DNA from: Obrimoposthia wandeli | Lineage: Eukaryota | Reading direction: 5' to 3' | Assembly (NCBI GenBank): GCA_977020255.1 | Contig: CDROCS010003176.1 | Coordinates: 62,001 to 126,000, forward strand | DNA length: 64,000 nt | In this document: positions 21,426 through 32,987 of the stretch, piece by piece | Layout of the letters: every line of letters starts with the position of its first letter | Numbering within the stretch: position 1 is the first letter of the stretch | Translations under genes and position numbers: made by a program | The notes under the pieces: generated by a model | Told to the model about the DNA's origin: nothing | The model's input: only the letters and a program-made list of their open reading frames with translations | Database searches by the model: none

Positions 21426-23519
21426 GTGTTTGCATCTATTAAAACACGCATTGCAGTCAGCTCTGGCGTAGCAATGATATTCACGCTTGCCATTGCAATG
21501 TGGTTTACCACGCAATCATTCACATCCGTTCAGCAACAAATTACCACACGTGTAACTGAACAATTAAAAACAGCAACAGACAATAATCTAATTGCTGCAG
21601 CCAACGAGCAAAGCAACACGCTAAATAACCAACTGGCCCCCGTTTTGGCCAATCTTGACCAATTACGTACCATGCTCGAATTAACGGCATCACAACAAGG
21701 CAACGCTGATCTTTTAGTTCAACAATTTATCGCTAGCCTTAAAAATCAAAACAAAAGTGTTTTTGCCGGTTACATGGTATGGGAATCCTCACCTTGGGCT
21801 GCACCAGTCACGCAAGAAGGTCTTGCTTCATTAAATAAAGCGGGTTATCTAGCGCCGTTTTTTTCACCGACCTCGGCGGGTGGTTTTGAACCCACTGCAA
21901 TGGATTCCTTCCGAAACCAATCGCTTAATAGCAATGGCGAACGTATTGACGAGTGGCATCTCGCGCCGTATGAAACGGGCAATACGTTTGTTATGGAACC
22001 GTATTATTACGACGTGCGTGGCAACAAAGAACTGATCACCACTATCAGCCAACCGTTGAAAGTGAACGGAAAAATCGTTGGTTCATTAGGTTTTGACTGG
22101 TCGCTGGCTGAATTTCAAGGCCAAAGCCAACAACTTGCGAGCGAGCTGTATGACGGCCAAGGCGACATCATGATTACCTCGTGGCAAGGTAATGTGATGG
22201 CGCACAGCAAAGCACCTGCCGATGTGGGTAAGGCTGTTTCTGGTGATATTTCACAACGTTGGGGGGATATTCAACAACTCGCCTTAAGTAACAATCAAAC
22301 ACTGCTGACGATCGGTAACGACATCATGGCCGTATCATCAGTCAATACCACAGGTAAACCATGGATTGTGTTGGTATCGATTCCTTCTAACGTGTTAACC
22401 AAAGATGTGAATGCTTTCACCGACTGGAGCACAGAGCAAAACGACCAAGCCATCACAAACGGTGTGTTAGCGGGCTTATTCGCAGCCATCGTGGGTATTG
22501 TAGCCATGATTTTATTGGCAAATAACATCGGTAAAATCATGATGCAGTTAGTTGAGCGCATGCGTGATATTGCCGAAGGTGAAGGCGATTTAACCCGCCG
22601 TATTGAAATTCACAGCAAAGACGAAACGGGCCAGCTCGCGCACTGGTTCAATACGTTCGTAGCACGTATGCAAGAGACCTTGCGTCACGCGACCGAAACC
22701 GCGGAAGCCGTGGATCGCAATGCCGTTGCCAGTACCGAAAAAGCAGATGATGCGAAAACAAAACTGGCGATGCAGTTGGCTGAAGTGAACTCATTAGCCA
22801 CCGCGATGAATGAAATGAGTGCCACAGCCAATGAAGTGGCAAGCTCTGCTGTTCAGGCCGCCACCGCGGCGAGTCAAGTGCAAGTGAGTAGCCAAGAAGG
22901 CATTGCGAAAATGGATTACGCCGCCTGTTCAGTCACCGAATTAGCAGAACGTATTAACAATGCACAAGCGCAAATCCAGAACTTGGCAGAATCCAGTGCC
23001 GCGATTCAGAACATCTTGTCTGAAATTGGCGGTATTGCGGATCAAACCAATTTACTGGCTCTTAATGCCGCGATTGAAGCGGCCCGTGCTGGTGAATTTG
23101 GCCGTGGCTTTGCTGTCGTCGCCGATGAAGTTCGTAGCTTGGCAAACCGCACCCAAGGATCAACCGAAGAAATCCGTGGTATGTTATCTCGCCTCGAAAG
23201 CGAAACCCAATCGATCGTGGTCTTGATGGCCGAAAGTCAACAACAAGCTCTCTCAACCCGAGCCGATACAGATTCAGCCCAAGCTGCATTAGAAGAAATC
23301 AATGCAGCGATTAACGTGGTCAACGACATGAACAACCAGATCGCATCTGCTGCAGAAGAGCAAAGTTTGGTCTCCGAAGAGATCAACCGCAACGTAGTGA
23401 TCATCAACGAAACCGCCAATGATGTGGTAGATAGCATGAATGCATCGTCTATCTTATCGGAACAATTGGCAGACACGGCAACTACATTGCGTACGGAGCT
23501 AAATCAGTTCCGTACATAA
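21426..23519 (+). CDS. Methyl-accepting chemotaxis protein (Cache sensor, HAMP and MA domains)
   Basis: Two TM helices, EPYYYD Cache motif, [45 protein letters not shown]; probable GTG start at 21426. Confidence 0.95.
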   Translation: MFASIKTRIAVSSGVAMIFTLAIAMWFTTQSFTSVQQQITTRVTEQLKTATDNNLIAAANEQSNTLNNQLAPVLANLDQLRTMLELTASQQGNADLLVQQFIASLKNQNKSVFAGYMVWESSPWAAPVTQEGLASLNKAGYLAPFFSPTSAGGFEPTAMDSFRNQSLNSNGERIDEWHLAPYETGNTFVMEPYYYDVRGNKELITTISQPLKVNGKIVGSLGFDWSLAEFQGQSQQLASELYDGQGDIMITSWQGNVMAHSKAPADVGKAVSGDISQRWGDIQQLALSNNQTLLTIGNDIMAVSSVNTTGKPWIVLVSIPSNVLTKDVNAFTDWSTEQNDQAITNGVLAGLFAAIVGIVAMILLANNIGKIMMQLVERMRDIAEGEGDLTRRIEIHSKDETGQLAHWFNTFVARMQETLRHATETAEAVDRNAVASTEKADDAKTKLAMQLAEVNSLATAMNEMSATANEVASSAVQAATAASQVQVSSQEGIAKMDYAACSVTELAERINNAQAQIQNLAESSAAIQNILSEIGGIADQTNLLALNAAIEAARAGEFGRGFAVVADEVRSLANRTQGSTEEIRGMLSRLESETQSIVVLMAESQQQALSTRADTDSAQAALEEINAAINVVNDMNNQIASAAEEQSLVSEEINRNVVIINETANDVVDSMNASSILSEQLADTATTLRTELNQFRT

Positions 23520-23554
23520 TCACAGCCTTATGTATATTCGATAATGCATAATAT

Positions 23555-23591
23555 AAAAAGCCACCGAGATTACTTCTCGGTGGCTTTTTTT
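23555..23591 (+). terminator. Terminator of the MCP gene
   Basis: AAAAAGCCACCGAGA-N6-TCTCGGTGGCTTTTTTT. Confidence 0.85.
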
Positions 23592-23760
23592 GATATTAAA
23601 TTCAATAACGACGTAACAACAAGAATAAAAAAGCAAAAAAAAGTAATAAAAACAAGAGCAAGGGCAAATTTATCCGACGATGAATATCTTATGCTACTCA
23701 TCCCATAAAAGTAAATAATTTAAATTTATGGGCAAGAAGTAATATTATATCGAGGAAATA

Positions 23761-25698
23761 ATGATCAGCATCACCATAAATGGACAACTGTTTGAGGTCG
23801 ATAAAAATCAAACCCTACTTACTATCGCCAGACACCATAACATACATATCCCTTCACTTTGTGATTCAGATACTTATGGAAAGAAACCCCTTTGTGAGCT
23901 TTGTGAAATCGAAGTTGAGGGTTTTGGTATAAAAAAAGCGTGCAAAATAACGCCATTTGATGGCATGTCAGTAATCACAGAATCTGAACAGTTATCAAAG
24001 CGTAGAAAAAAAGCGCTTGTTCGAATACTGTCTGAACACAAAGCTGAATACTGCGAAGCTCCTTGTCAAACGGCTTGCCCCGCAGGGGTCGACATTCAAT
24101 CTTATCTTTATCATATTTCGAAAAATGATCACAAGAAAGCAATAGAAGTCATTAAACAGACATTACCTATGCCATTATCAATTGGGCGTGTATGCCCTGC
24201 ATTCTGTGAAGCAGGCTGCCGACGTAGATTAATTGATGAACCACTTGCAATCCGTCAATTGAAACGACATGCCGCTGACATCGATCTTGCCGCTCTAGAA
24301 TCTTATGTTCCAACTCGAAAGCCTAATAAAGATAAATCCATAGCTATTATCGGTAGTGGTCCAGCAGGACTAACCTGTGGCTATTACCTTAGCAATGAGG
24401 GTTATGATGTTACCGTGTTTGAAGCTATGCCCAATCCCGGAGGTTGGCTTCGTTACGGCATTCCTGAATACCGTTTACCCAAAGCTATTCTTGATAAAGA
24501 AATTGAAATGATGTGTCGAAACGGTATGAAAATTAAAACCTCCTGTAAGCTTGGTAAAGAAATTACTTTATCTGAACTAAGCGAGAAGTATGATGCTGTC
24601 TGTATGGCAGTAGGCGCATCAAAAGCTGTTGGTATGGGCTACCCAGGTAGTGAGCTAAAAGGGTGTTACCTTGGGGTTGATTACCTCAAAGATTTTGTAA
24701 CAGAGCAACAATACACAACGGGGAAAAAAGTAGCAGTAATTGGTGGTGGAAATACCGCAATTGACTGCGCTCGTACTGCTGTAAGAGCAGGATCTAATAC
24801 GACGCTGATCTATCGCCGTACTCGAGCAGAGATGCCAGCAGAGGCCTATGAAGTTGATGAAGCCGAAAAGGAAGGCGTCAAGTTTAGCTTTTTGACTAAT
24901 CCTGTAGAAAATATTGGCGATGAAAACAACTGGGTAAATAAAGTCTGCTTAGAAAAAATGGCGCTTGGTACACCTGACTCATCAGGACGTTCACGCCCAG
25001 AACCAACTGGCGAATATATTACCCAAGAGTTTGATACTGTTATTGCTGCCGTGTCACAAGCCCCAGACCTCAGTTTTCTTGATAACGACAATATCGACAT
25101 ACCATTAACCCGTTGGAATACTATCGATTGCGATGAAACAACAATGCATAGTGGTGTCCGTAATATATTTGGTATTGGTGATTTTCGCCGTGGTCCAGCC
25201 ACAGCGGTAGAAGCAGTGGCTGACGGTAGAGTTGCAGCTAAGGCAATTGATTGTTACTTGAATGACAATATGAAAAGCCTGCAAAGCAGGTCATTCAAAT
25301 TTAGCAATGACTCAAAAATGCAGTTTGTTAATCCGTCACATTTAACGAGCGTAACACAAGTCATGAGATCTCTAGCTCGTGGACAGACATCAGAACAAAA
25401 AGAACTCAACTTTTCTGATGCCATGAAACATATATTGCGTGTGACAATGCCTGAACTAACCGTTGAGCAGCGACGATTAAACTTTAGTGAAGTCGAAACA
25501 GGGTTTACAAATCAATCAGCGATAACTGAAGCCAAGCGTTGTCTTGAATGTGGCTGTCAACTCAGAAATAAATGCGATCTTCGAGATTACGCATCAGAAT
25601 ATAAAATAGATGCCTCTGAGCTCACTGCTATCAACCAGCATAAAACAGCCAATAGTTATTTTTCAAATAATACAATATCACTCCGTATGACAAAATAA
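23761..25698 (+). CDS. [2Fe-2S]/GltD-like FAD- and NAD(P)-dependent oxidoreductase
   Basis: N-terminal Fer2 (C-x10-C-x2-C-x12-C), CEAPCQTACP, GRVCP, IIGSGPAG, VIGGGNTAID, YRRT and EAKRCLECGC. Confidence 0.88.
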   Translation: MISITINGQLFEVDKNQTLLTIARHHNIHIPSLCDSDTYGKKPLCELCEIEVEGFGIKKACKITPFDGMSVITESEQLSKRRKKALVRILSEHKAEYCEAPCQTACPAGVDIQSYLYHISKNDHKKAIEVIKQTLPMPLSIGRVCPAFCEAGCRRRLIDEPLAIRQLKRHAADIDLAALESYVPTRKPNKDKSIAIIGSGPAGLTCGYYLSNEGYDVTVFEAMPNPGGWLRYGIPEYRLPKAILDKEIEMMCRNGMKIKTSCKLGKEITLSELSEKYDAVCMAVGASKAVGMGYPGSELKGCYLGVDYLKDFVTEQQYTTGKKVAVIGGGNTAIDCARTAVRAGSNTTLIYRRTRAEMPAEAYEVDEAEKEGVKFSFLTNPVENIGDENNWVNKVCLEKMALGTPDSSGRSRPEPTGEYITQEFDTVIAAVSQAPDLSFLDNDNIDIPLTRWNTIDCDETTMHSGVRNIFGIGDFRRGPATAVEAVADGRVAAKAIDCYLNDNMKSLQSRSFKFSNDSKMQFVNPSHLTSVTQVMRSLARGQTSEQKELNFSDAMKHILRVTMPELTVEQRRLNFSEVETGFTNQSAITEAKRCLECGCQLRNKCDLRDYASEYKIDASELTAINQHKTANSYFSNNTISLRMTK

Positions 25699-25808
25699 TT
25701 ACTCTATAGCAAATCCTCAGAAGGACAAAAATAATAAGAGAAAACCTGACTATACCAGCGTAATCAGGTTTAAATATTCATATCGAAACAGCTTTAAAAC
25801 ACGGCTAA

Positions 25809-26153
25809 CTAGTGTTTGAACGTATTCGTTTCAGTTTCACTAGTTGCAGTAAGATCACCAGCTGGATTAATGAGGTGAGGCAAAATCTTAGGTAAATTTA
25901 GCTCGATATCTTTATCTTCTACTGAGCCAATAACCTCGTTATACCAACCAAGCAAACCAAGTACAGCATAGCCAATAGCATCATCACTTTCGCGGTGCTC
26001 AATAATTATCTGTAGAAACCGTAAAATAGCCTTATCATTTGATTTAGCTTGCTTTAAGGTTTCTTGAAAGATACCTGTTGCTTCAGCAATTAAGCCGTCA
26101 TATTCAGTATCAATCGCAACTTTAAACGATCCACCATCAACGGAAATTTTCAT
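25809..26153 (-). CDS. Hypothetical protein, 114 aa
   Basis: Non-overlapping ORF with protein-like composition. Confidence 0.6.
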   Translation of the reverse strand: MKISVDGGSFKVAIDTEYDGLIAEATGIFQETLKQAKSNDKAILRFLQIIIEHRESDDAIGYAVLGLLGWYNEVIGSVEDKDIELNLPKILPHLINPAGDLTATSETETNTFKH

Positions 26154-26511
26154 ATCAATTTAGCCTATTATTCTAATTGGTGTGAATATTATCGAATAAA
26201 CTACAACTTGTCGCTAAGCTCCCTCAAAAACACGCTTAAAATGGTTATATCTAAGTGAATAATAACGTCAGTCCGTGTAAGCGCCAGTACATGCAATGCA
26301 CTTACTATTTGAATCTAAGTTTTGTTTAAACGCAAAATCATGTACTCACAATACCCATTGAGCACACAATATTTAACTCATCATAAAGGGACTTCATTTT
26401 TAGCGCACCTTGTAATACCCCTACTTTTTGTCTCTTGTTACTCTGCATTAACTTGTTACTCTTTAAGAAGAGTAACTCGACATCATCATGCTTTTGATAA
26501 GTGAGCAGTCA

Positions 26512-28041
26512 ATGAAAACCCTGTCCCAACTTGTGTTCAACAATACTTACAGTGAATTACCAACGACCTTTGGTACAGCTGTAATACCTCAGCCGCTATC
26601 TGACCCTTTTTTGGTAAGCGTTAATCCACAAGTTGCTGAAATGCTTGAGTTAGACCCCCTAGAAGCAAAAACACGCCTCTTTATTGACTTCTTTACTGGC
26701 AATGAAGAGTTGGCAGGTACAACGCCGCTAGCAATGAAATATACAGGGCATCAGTTTGGACATTACAACCCTGACCTTGGGGATGGTCGCGGCTTGCTGC
26801 TGGGTGAAGTATTAACATCAACGAATGCTAAATGGGATATTCATTTAAAAGGCTCAGGTAAAACGCCCTACTCTCGCCAAGGTGATGGTCGTGCAGTATT
26901 GCGTTCGAGTATTCGCGAATACTTAGGCAGTGCAGCACTTAATGGGCTAGGCATTAAAACTACTCACGCGTTGGCCCTGTTAGGCAGCACAACGCTGGTT
27001 TCTCGTGAGAAAATGGAACGTGGGGCGACCTTAATCCGTGTGGCTGAAAGTCATTTACGTTTTGGTCATTTCGAGTATTTGTTTTATACCCACCAGCACA
27101 GTGAACTTAAACTGCTTGCTGACTATTTAATAAAGCACCATTTTCCCGATCTACTTGTCACTGAATATGAACAAGAAGATAAACAAGCGACATCACCTAA
27201 TCAGCACCCTAATATCTATGCCAACATGTTTATGCGTATTGTGGAATTAACAGCCCAGTTAATTGCAGGATGGCAATCGGTCGGCTTTGCACACGGCGTA
27301 ATGAATACAGACAACATGTCGATACTAGGGCTCACTTTTGATTATGGTCCTTTTGGTTTCCTTGATGATTATAATCCCGACTACATTTGTAACCATTCCG
27401 ATTACAGTGGTCGCTACGCGTTTAATCAACAGCCTTCCATTGCTTTATGGAACTTATCAGCTCTGGGCTATGCATTAACGCCTTTGATCGCGAAGGAAGA
27501 TGTTGATGCGATATTAGATAGCTATCACCGCACACTACAGCGTGATTACAGCGCAAAAATGCGTAATAAATTAGGGTTAATCGAAAAACGAGAAGAAGAT
27601 ACCGTAATCTTTTCGAGCCTATTTGAACTGTTGCAATCACAAATGGTGGATTACACGCTTTTCTTCAGAACGTTATCGAGTATTGCAGCCAATGATTTAT
27701 CTGCGAGTGCATTACCTATCAACATTGAACGTTTTGACGATTTATTCACCTGTACCCAACCACTAGAAACATGGCTAAAGACATATGCTGTACGTCTGAA
27801 CTTTGAAAAAGGCGGTGATGAATCACGGTTAGAATGGATGAAGCAACATAATCCAAAGTACATATTACGAAACTACCTTGCTCAGCAAGCTATTGATAAA
27901 GCGGAAGATGGTGATTTCACCATGATAGATGAGTTATTACGGGTGCTATCATCTCCCTTCGACGAACATCTTGAATTTAATCAATTTGCAGATAAACCGC
28001 CATACTGGGGGAAAAAACTAGAAATTAGTTGCTCGTCTTAA
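26512..28041 (+). CDS. selO: Protein adenylyltransferase SelO/YdiU
   Basis: GHQFG, LGDGRG, KGSGKTPYSRQGDGRAVLRSSIREY, HGVMNTDN, DYGPFGF and C-terminal SCSS. Confidence 0.95.
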   Translation: MKTLSQLVFNNTYSELPTTFGTAVIPQPLSDPFLVSVNPQVAEMLELDPLEAKTRLFIDFFTGNEELAGTTPLAMKYTGHQFGHYNPDLGDGRGLLLGEVLTSTNAKWDIHLKGSGKTPYSRQGDGRAVLRSSIREYLGSAALNGLGIKTTHALALLGSTTLVSREKMERGATLIRVAESHLRFGHFEYLFYTHQHSELKLLADYLIKHHFPDLLVTEYEQEDKQATSPNQHPNIYANMFMRIVELTAQLIAGWQSVGFAHGVMNTDNMSILGLTFDYGPFGFLDDYNPDYICNHSDYSGRYAFNQQPSIALWNLSALGYALTPLIAKEDVDAILDSYHRTLQRDYSAKMRNKLGLIEKREEDTVIFSSLFELLQSQMVDYTLFFRTLSSIAANDLSASALPINIERFDDLFTCTQPLETWLKTYAVRLNFEKGGDESRLEWMKQHNPKYILRNYLAQQAIDKAEDGDFTMIDELLRVLSSPFDEHLEFNQFADKPPYWGKKLEISCSS

Positions 28042-28078
28042 CACTTACGCATACAGAACAGTAACGCCTCCCACTACA

Positions 28079-28118
28079 GTTAGTAACCATGAAATCACCA
28101 TATGTAATGGTTACTAAC
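28079..28118. terminator. Hairpin downstream of selO
   Basis: GTTAGTAACCAT...ATGGTTACTAAC 12-bp arms, weak U-tract. Confidence 0.4.
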
Positions 28119-28302
28119 ATAAGAATCACTAGCTAAATGATTTATGTGCGACACGCTTCACGCTTCATAAACTCCCTCGCGTAAATATGAAAATTATTGC
28201 TATCGCTCTATTTACAACAATTCCCTGCCTGTTAAATTCCCTACCCAATTTGAAAAACGTCACAACACAACTTTGGTGATGTTAAATACGAATCGATAAG
28301 TA

Positions 28303-29325
28303 ATGACTATGAAACAAATATCTAGCTTTGAATGGGGACGAATAATTGCCCTCTTTGCCGTTATCGCTATTCATGCAAAGCCATTCATGACAATGCCAAT
28401 CATTGATGACTTACCTTGGGTCGGCTTACTTATTAACCAGTTAGGCCGTTTTGCTGTGCCTTTGTTTTTTATTTTAGCGGGTTTCCTTGTTCAACCTCGA
28501 TTAATCGCAGCCCCTTTTAAAACGCTTAAGCACTACAGCTTTCCGTTACTCAAAGTATGGGCAGCATGGAGTATTATTTATCTACTCGCTCCTTTTAACT
28601 TACAGACAGTCGCTGAAAAAGGATACTTAGCCGAACGTACAGGCTACTGGAATTACTTAATGCAGAACCCTTTAAACACACTGTTTGAAGGTGGTTTAGT
28701 GCATTTGTGGTACATTCCAGCATTACTGAGTGCCATTGTAATACTGGCAACCTTAGTCTCGATTAAACAAGAAAAGTATATTCTTCCGATAGCCTTAGTG
28801 CTTTATGTCTTTGGGTTAATTGCTGGTAGTTATGAGCCCATCTTTGGTGTTGAATCGCCTTTATTTACGCGTAATGGTCCTTTCTTCAGTACCTTAATTG
28901 TGGCTCTTGGTTTTGAAATTCGTCGACACAAGCTAACAATATCGCAGCCTATCGCTCTGGCGCTTTTATTAGGGGGAATGTTACTGCACTTAGCAGAAGC
29001 ATATTTCTTTATGTCTAAAGGCGTCGATTTTAATATTCATGACTTCTTGGTAGGTACACCGATTTGGGTGCTCGGTATTTTCTTCTTGCTCCAAGCTAAT
29101 CCTACATTTGGCGACTGCCCACGAGTGTCTCGCTGGAGTAAAGATGTGCTGGGGGTGTATTTATGCCACCTGTTAGTCATTATTTATATTATGAACATTG
29201 CGAGTACGCTCAACATCGATGATCTCATTAGGGATCTCACTATCATCCCTCTCACCTTTATCATCTCGATGGTACTGATATGGTTAATTGAGCTAACACC
29301 GCTAAAACGTGTATTACTACGATAA
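28303..29325 (+). CDS. Acyltransferase family 3 membrane protein
   Basis: About 10 TM helices; RIIALFAVIAIH, RFAVPLFF, HLWY and GVYLCH. Confidence 0.88.
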   Translation: MTMKQISSFEWGRIIALFAVIAIHAKPFMTMPIIDDLPWVGLLINQLGRFAVPLFFILAGFLVQPRLIAAPFKTLKHYSFPLLKVWAAWSIIYLLAPFNLQTVAEKGYLAERTGYWNYLMQNPLNTLFEGGLVHLWYIPALLSAIVILATLVSIKQEKYILPIALVLYVFGLIAGSYEPIFGVESPLFTRNGPFFSTLIVALGFEIRRHKLTISQPIALALLLGGMLLHLAEAYFFMSKGVDFNIHDFLVGTPIWVLGIFFLLQANPTFGDCPRVSRWSKDVLGVYLCHLLVIIYIMNIASTLNIDDLIRDLTIIPLTFIISMVLIWLIELTPLKRVLLR

Positions 29326-29354
29326 CGTTTGATCACGTCTTTTGCTCTAGCAAT

Positions 29355-29396
29355 AAAAACGGCATCTTGGCTTTACTGCCTTAAGATGCCGTTTTT
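29355..29396. terminator. Bidirectional terminator
   Basis: AAAAACGGCATCTT...AAGATGCCGTTTTT. Confidence 0.8.
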
Positions 29397-29422
29397 CTAT
29401 GTCTAACTGTTAAATCTGCTGA

Positions 29423-30313
29423 TTACTGACAAATAACCGTATCAACATCATGCTCAAGTAACCAACGTTGTAACTTAGGCGCTTGATGAATGAAATGTGT
29501 AATCACATCACACGGTTTACCTGCATTGGCTGCCGATTTAAGTGCTTGCTGCACCAATGATAAAACCGCTTCATTTTGATCATCGTGCAAATAACTCAGT
29601 GAAGCATTACTCTGATCTAAACCCAACGTAAATTGACCCAACTGATCGATATCAATCACCATGCCATCAAAGTACTGTAAGAATTTATCGGCTAACAATG
29701 CATTACCCGGTAATTCACACATGATGTGCACTTTTAAACCATCGGCACCACGACACAAGCCTTGCTCAGCTAATAGATCAATGATGGTTGCAGATTCACT
29801 TAACGTGCGAACAAACGGAATAACCAGTTCAATATTGGTCATACCTTCAGCATTGCGAGCGCGTTTAATAATTTCACACTCAAGTTCAAAGCTACCTCGA
29901 TGCTTCTTCTCTGCAAAACGAGAAACACCGCGTAAACCAATCACAGGGTTTATTTCTTTATTTTCTAACTCACTACCCAGTAACTCACTACGTGTATGTG
30001 TATCGGCCCCAGAAAGTTTTACCTTTAATGGCTTACCCTTCATCTTTTGAGCCGCACCAACTAATACTTTCGTCAATTCAGATACATAGTATTCTGACGG
30101 TGCGCCATACTCTCCCGCGAGTTCAAGTACTTTCTGTTGATTTTGCTCATCCAACTTATGCGTATCCACAATGGCATAAGGGTGAACACCGATAAGTGAC
30201 TGGCTTAAAGCATCTAGCGATACTAAGCCAATTGAACATTCATCATTCGCTAATTGAGCAGTGTTTGTCAGTAATTCCGAGTAATTCAATTCAGCCTGAG
30301 TTTTATTTGTCAT
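29423..30313 (-). CDS. PpsA-like PEP-binding domain protein (PEP-utilisers C domain only)
   Basis: NPVIGLRG, IPFVRT, GLKVHIMCELPGNALLA and FDG echo the PEP synthase C-terminus; ATP-grasp and phospho-His domains are absent. Confidence 0.8.
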   Translation of the reverse strand: MTNKTQAELNYSELLTNTAQLANDECSIGLVSLDALSQSLIGVHPYAIVDTHKLDEQNQQKVLELAGEYGAPSEYYVSELTKVLVGAAQKMKGKPLKVKLSGADTHTRSELLGSELENKEINPVIGLRGVSRFAEKKHRGSFELECEIIKRARNAEGMTNIELVIPFVRTLSESATIIDLLAEQGLCRGADGLKVHIMCELPGNALLADKFLQYFDGMVIDIDQLGQFTLGLDQSNASLSYLHDDQNEAVLSLVQQALKSAANAGKPCDVITHFIHQAPKLQRWLLEHDVDTVICQ

Positions 30314-30971
30314 AAGGCACCAATACAACCATGTTAAAAAGTGCGCGAGGTGTCGTTATCATCCATTGATGACATCGCCCTCATTTAAGAAGCTTAAGTT
30401 TGTCAAAGCCGTTTATAAAACAATGTAAACACAAAACAGCCCTACCTTAATGGCACATCATCTTCTATAACGTTATCTGAATACTGCAATGAAAACGGTA
30501 TTAGATGCTGTCCCTTAGAATAAACCACAAGAATCATGCATTAAACATGCAATATCGACTCCTTTTTTATCGCCCTATTCGTTCAGAAAAACATTCCAAC
30601 AAAAGATAGATAAGTGATTGTTAATCATGTGTCACCGCTTTATTCCGACATTACTGTTTCATGATTCATGTAGCAAGTATTAAAATATTTAATTGCAAAA
30701 ATATTCAAAAAATAGGAATAAAACAAACAAATTAGAGTACTTATCTTTATCCATGTTTAACCGTCTCTAATAATGACTAATACACCACCCCATATGGTCA
30801 TTTTATGGTCGCAGCTTACTATTGACTAACAATCCAGCAGGTATTGCTAAAAAAACGGCATACAACAATGAAAAATCTAAGCCATATCACAAGTTTGGTT
30901 TATTCCTGATGGCTTTTGGGCTATCTTAACGGGTCGTTATTTTTTGATATACCAAGGTAGGCAAACGTATT

Positions 30972-32027
30972 ATGCCAATGAAAACTGATGAACTCCGCAC
31001 CGTTAGCCTAGGGTTAATGCCAACTCCGGCAGAAATTGAAGCTGTCTCTCCTATTACTGACGAAATTGCAGCGCACGTTGCTGATTCTCGCCGTCAAGTT
31101 GAAGACATCCTAACGGGTAAGGATTCTCGACTTTTAGTTGTCGTAGGACCATGTTCTGTTCACGATACAGATGCAGCAATGGATTATGCTAAACGCCTTG
31201 TTGCCGTTCAGGAACAATACAGAGATGAACTTTGTATTGTTATGCGTACATACTTTGAAAAGCCTCGTACCGTTGTTGGCTGGAAAGGGTTAATTTCAGA
31301 TCCGCATCTTGACGGTAGCTTAGATTTTGTCGCAGGTTTACATAAAGCACGTAAGTTATTAGTGGATGTCAATGCTTTAGGTTTGGCTACTGCTACTGAA
31401 TTCCTTGATATGATTACAGGGCAGTATCTTGCTGACTTAATCACATGGGGAGCAATTGGCGCACGTACAACCGAGTCTCAAATTCACCGTGAAATGGCTT
31501 CTGCTCTTTCTTGTCCTGTTGGTTTCAAAAATGGTACTGACGGAAATATCAAAATAGCCATTGATGCGATTCGTGCAACACGTGAATCTCACCTATTTTG
31601 CTCACCAGCAAAAAATGGTCAAATGACGATTTACCGTACAGCAGGTAACCCACACGGCCATGTGATTTTACGTGGTGGCAAAATGCCAAATTACCACCAA
31701 GCTGATGTTGAAACGTCATGCAATACATTGGCTGAGTTCGATTTACCTACACGCCTTGTTATTGATTTCAGTCACGGTAACTGCCAAAAGCAACACCGTC
31801 GTCAACTTGATGTTGCCGCTGATGTTTGTAATCAAATTCGTGAAGGTAGCAATTACATTGCGGGTATTATGGCTGAAAGCTTTATTATTGAAGGCAACCA
31901 AGCTGTTGTTGCTGGGAAAGAAAAAGAACTGGTATACGGTCAATCTATTACCGACCCCTGTGTAAACTGGGCTGATACCGTCACTATGCTAGATATGCTT
32001 GCTGACGCAGTCAAAAGTCGTAAATAA
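30972..32027 (+). CDS. aroH: DAHP synthase, AroH-like (class I)
   Basis: KTDELRT N-terminus, GPCSVHD, FEKPRTVVGWKG, IGARTTESQIHRE and DFSHGNCQKQHRRQL. Confidence 0.9.
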   Translation: MPMKTDELRTVSLGLMPTPAEIEAVSPITDEIAAHVADSRRQVEDILTGKDSRLLVVVGPCSVHDTDAAMDYAKRLVAVQEQYRDELCIVMRTYFEKPRTVVGWKGLISDPHLDGSLDFVAGLHKARKLLVDVNALGLATATEFLDMITGQYLADLITWGAIGARTTESQIHREMASALSCPVGFKNGTDGNIKIAIDAIRATRESHLFCSPAKNGQMTIYRTAGNPHGHVILRGGKMPNYHQADVETSCNTLAEFDLPTRLVIDFSHGNCQKQHRRQLDVAADVCNQIREGSNYIAGIMAESFIIEGNQAVVAGKEKELVYGQSITDPCVNWADTVTMLDMLADAVKSRK

Positions 32028-32278
32028 AATCAGATAAATAGGTACAGTTACTCAAATACTGTATCTATTTTCTGTTAAAATACTGCATTGCCAAAGCTAA
32101 ACCATTAGATTTAGCGACTAAAACCAAACCAAGGTTTAGTGCCAATAACACGTCCTATATAGGGCGATATCAACCCGTTTCAAGACAGTGCATTTTTCGT
32201 AAAGTGTCATATATACTGTTATTAGGTTGATATACATTGGTTAACTTACCCTTTGACATCACAACTAAGGTTGAACAC

Positions 32279-32764
32279 ATGCCATCTTTTGATATTGTTT
32301 CTGAAGTCGATTTTGTAGAAGTTCGAAATGCTGTAGATAACTCAGCACGTGAACTAAAAACACGTTTTGATTTTAAAAATGTTGAAGCAAGCATCACATT
32401 TGAAAAAGAAATTGTAAAAATCACCACTGAATCTGACTTCCAGCTAACGCAGCTTGTTTCTATTCTTCGTGCAAACCTGGCTAAACGCGAAGTTGATGCA
32501 CAATCAATGACGCAAAAAGACACAGTACGTACAGGTAAAGCATGGGCATGTAATGTTGAATTCAAGCAAGGCATTGAATCTGACACTGCAAAAAAAGTAG
32601 TAAAAACAATTAAAGATGCAAAGCTAAAAGTTCAGGCATCGATTCAAGGTGACAAAGTACGCGTAACCGCTAAAAAGCGTGATGACTTACAAGCAGCAAT
32701 GGCATTAGTTCGTAATAATGAAGAATTAGGCCAGCCATTCCAGTTTGATAACTTCCGCGACTAA
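32279..32764 (+). CDS. yajQ: YajQ-family nucleotide/c-di-GMP-binding protein
   Basis: [11 protein letters not shown]...RFDFK...[14 protein letters not shown]...QFDNFRD. Confidence 0.95.
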   Translation: MPSFDIVSEVDFVEVRNAVDNSARELKTRFDFKNVEASITFEKEIVKITTESDFQLTQLVSILRANLAKREVDAQSMTQKDTVRTGKAWACNVEFKQGIESDTAKKVVKTIKDAKLKVQASIQGDKVRVTAKKRDDLQAAMALVRNNEELGQPFQFDNFRD

Positions 32765-32799
32765 TAACTAATACTGCGTAAGTACCTAAACAACTATAG

Positions 32800-32842
32800 C
32801 GAGATCGATAACAAAATAGACTTTGTTAAGGTCTCGTTTTTT
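32800..32842 (+). terminator. Terminator of yajQ
   Basis: CGAGATC..TAACAAA / TTTGTTA..GGTCTCG followed by a T-run. Confidence 0.6.
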
Positions 32843-32987
32843 ATTTATCTATTTTTCATGTATAGCCTCACTGCCCGTATCAGCCAATCGCATTACAATC
32901 GATTGAATTATTCTAAGATTTTACTATAGTAAACAATAGATAAGCTCTATTCATTGCGAATATAGCAATCAAGGACATGACCTTTAT

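Noticed and set aside
26322-26504. 60-aa ORF upstream of selO
   Set aside because: TTG start, no RBS, and it spans promoter-like repeated motifs.
30868-30909. Attenuator leader peptide for aroH (MKNLSHITSLVYS)
   Set aside because: No run of Trp, Phe or Tyr codons and no clear terminator/antiterminator pair.
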